Shown here in pieces: positions 62,935-64,000 of a stretch of 64,000 bases of DNA. The translations under genes and the position numbers were made by a program. The notes beneath the pieces are model-generated. The model was not told the origin of the DNA. It searched no databases and saw only the letters and a program-made list of their open reading frames with translations. How positions within the stretch are numbered: the stretch's first letter is position 1; every line of letters starts with the position of its first letter. The stretch covers positions 1-64,000 of IMG/VR virus record IMGVR_UViG_3300047546_001659; one strand, 5' to 3'. Origin of the DNA: a virus.

Positions 62935-63323
62935 TATCTTACTCTTCTAAGAATTAAATCTAAAGTTATCGGAACAGTATTATTTGTTAAATAAAATACT
63001 ATTGTGGCATAATAAGCATTTTCATCGGGAAGAGCTTTAACATTTACAGAATAAAGACTAGCTCTTGGTTCATAATTTCTAATAGTTTCTGATATTTTTT
63101 CTTTTATGATATATTCAGTATCTCTACTAATATTTTCAAATAATGTGTTTCTAATACCCGCACCCAAATTAGGATTAAAAAATCTTTCGCCTGGGTTTGT
63201 TAAAAGAAGATTGCGAATGGATCTTTTTACTGACTGCTCATTAGTAAGCAGCACCAGATCTCCCTTGATCGGATGTACATCAAAATTAGTAGGTATATCT
63301 GAATAAAATACAGTTGTTGTCAT
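62934..63323 (-). CDS. gp25: Baseplate wedge protein gp25 (sheath initiator)
   Basis: YSDI...F..HP..GD, SVKRSIRNLLLTNPGERFFNP.LG, IRNYEPR, LRRVR. Confidence 0.93.
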   Translation of the reverse strand: MTTTVFYSDIPTNFDVHPIKGDLVLLTNEQSVKRSIRNLLLTNPGERFFNPNLGAGIRNTLFENISRDTEYIIKEKISETIRNYEPRASLYSVNVKALPDENAYYATIVFYLTNNTVPITLDLILRRVR

Positions 63324-63328
63324 TTAAA

Positions 63329-63336
63329 TATTTATA
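63329..63336 (-). promoter_or_regulatory. T4-type late promoter TATAAATA directly upstream of gp25
   Basis: TATTTATA on the plus strand, 5 nt from the gp25 ATG, overlapping the upstream stop codon. Confidence 0.55.
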
Positions 63337-64000
63337 ATGATGTCTGACATGCGCGTAGATACTGTGGATTGTATTTTTGAATGTCGTTTGCTGTTGATGC
63401 AGCTAGTTGCCAGCCTTGCATTATAGGTTTTGATCCAAGAGGAGAGAAATTTTCGCCCATCATAGTAGCATTCATTCCTAACATAAAGGGGATAGCATTA
63501 TCAGATCTTCTCATTTCTATTGTTGAAGTAACAGGAACATTTAAATTACTACAAAGATTAGTAGCCATTTGAGATACTTGTTGACCGTAATAAGTAGAAG
63601 ATGGAGGCATTTCTGGTGAACCCGTAATCATTCTTGATACCATGGATGTAATAGGGATTGAACCACCCATCGAAGCAAAGTTTTGCATACCAAAACTTAC
63701 CACCCCAGTACCACCTTGATTTGTACCAAATGCACCAACTCTTCTACAAAATACTTGATCAATGGCAGGCAGAGAAACAGGAGCTTCACCAAAGAAACTT
63801 TTACCAGCATATGAAGGTGGGGTAAGCATTGGGTTATTTGCTCTGGTTGATGTAGCTATTCTATTGCCCGTAATAACTTCTGACATCATACCGCCAATAG
63901 CAAGTCCTCCTCCCTTACCTAATAATGATGCCATGGCAATACCACCAAGAGAACCAAGTGATGCTAATGATCCACCAAGTGGTGTTTGATTAAGAAGACT
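63332..64000 (-). CDS. C-terminal part of a larger, probably baseplate-associated protein; start lies outside the window
   Basis: The frame of the 63332..63934 ORF stays open to position 64000 (SLLNQTPLGGSLASLGSLGGIAMASLL...); Gly/Met/Ser-rich; function not recognisable. Confidence 0.55.
   Translation of the reverse strand, partial: SLLNQTPLGGSLASLGSLGGIAMASLLGKGGGLAIGGMMSEVITGNRIATSTRANNPMLTPPSYAGKSFFGEAPVSLPAIDQVFCRRVGAFGTNQGGTGVVSFGMQNFASMGGSIPITSMVSRMITGSPEMPPSSTYYGQQVSQMATNLCSNLNVPVTSTIEMRRSDNAIPFMLGMNATMMGENFSPLGSKPIMQGWQLAASTANDIQKYNPQYLRACQTSL

Overview
This AT-rich window is the virion morphogenesis region of a large T4-superfamily myophage. Its gene order resembles T4-like cyanophages and proteobacterial myophages, and the host is probably Gram-negative. 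Almost everything is on the minus strand. Reading right to left: gp25, gp6, gp7-like, gp8, a DUF4815/VrlC-like protein split into three ORFs, a ~42 kb block of fibre/adhesin genes, then gp13-14-15-16-17-18-19-20 and prohead core genes. The fibre block holds Pro-poor collagen-like G[YF]TGSx repeats, C1q-like, LamG, RCC1, PA14, Gly-rich, PAAR, S74 and GH19 proteins. Three glyco-enzyme loci are embedded in it: (i) a four-gene ADP-heptose-type operon (HldE, cupin, small HAD, HldD) with no GmhA or canonical GmhB; (ii) a TPR/GT-B/methyltransferase gene plus a GT25-like gene; (iii) a triple-domain glycosyltransferase. Each glyco locus has its own sigma70-like promoter, while the structural genes have T4 late-type (T/C)ATAAATA boxes. 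The leading hypothesis is a self-contained phage system that glycosylates (heptosylates) a modular, branched collagen-like fibre apparatus. All calls come from reading motifs and synteny by eye; no database searches were run. No tRNA, rRNA, CRISPR array or mobile element was seen.
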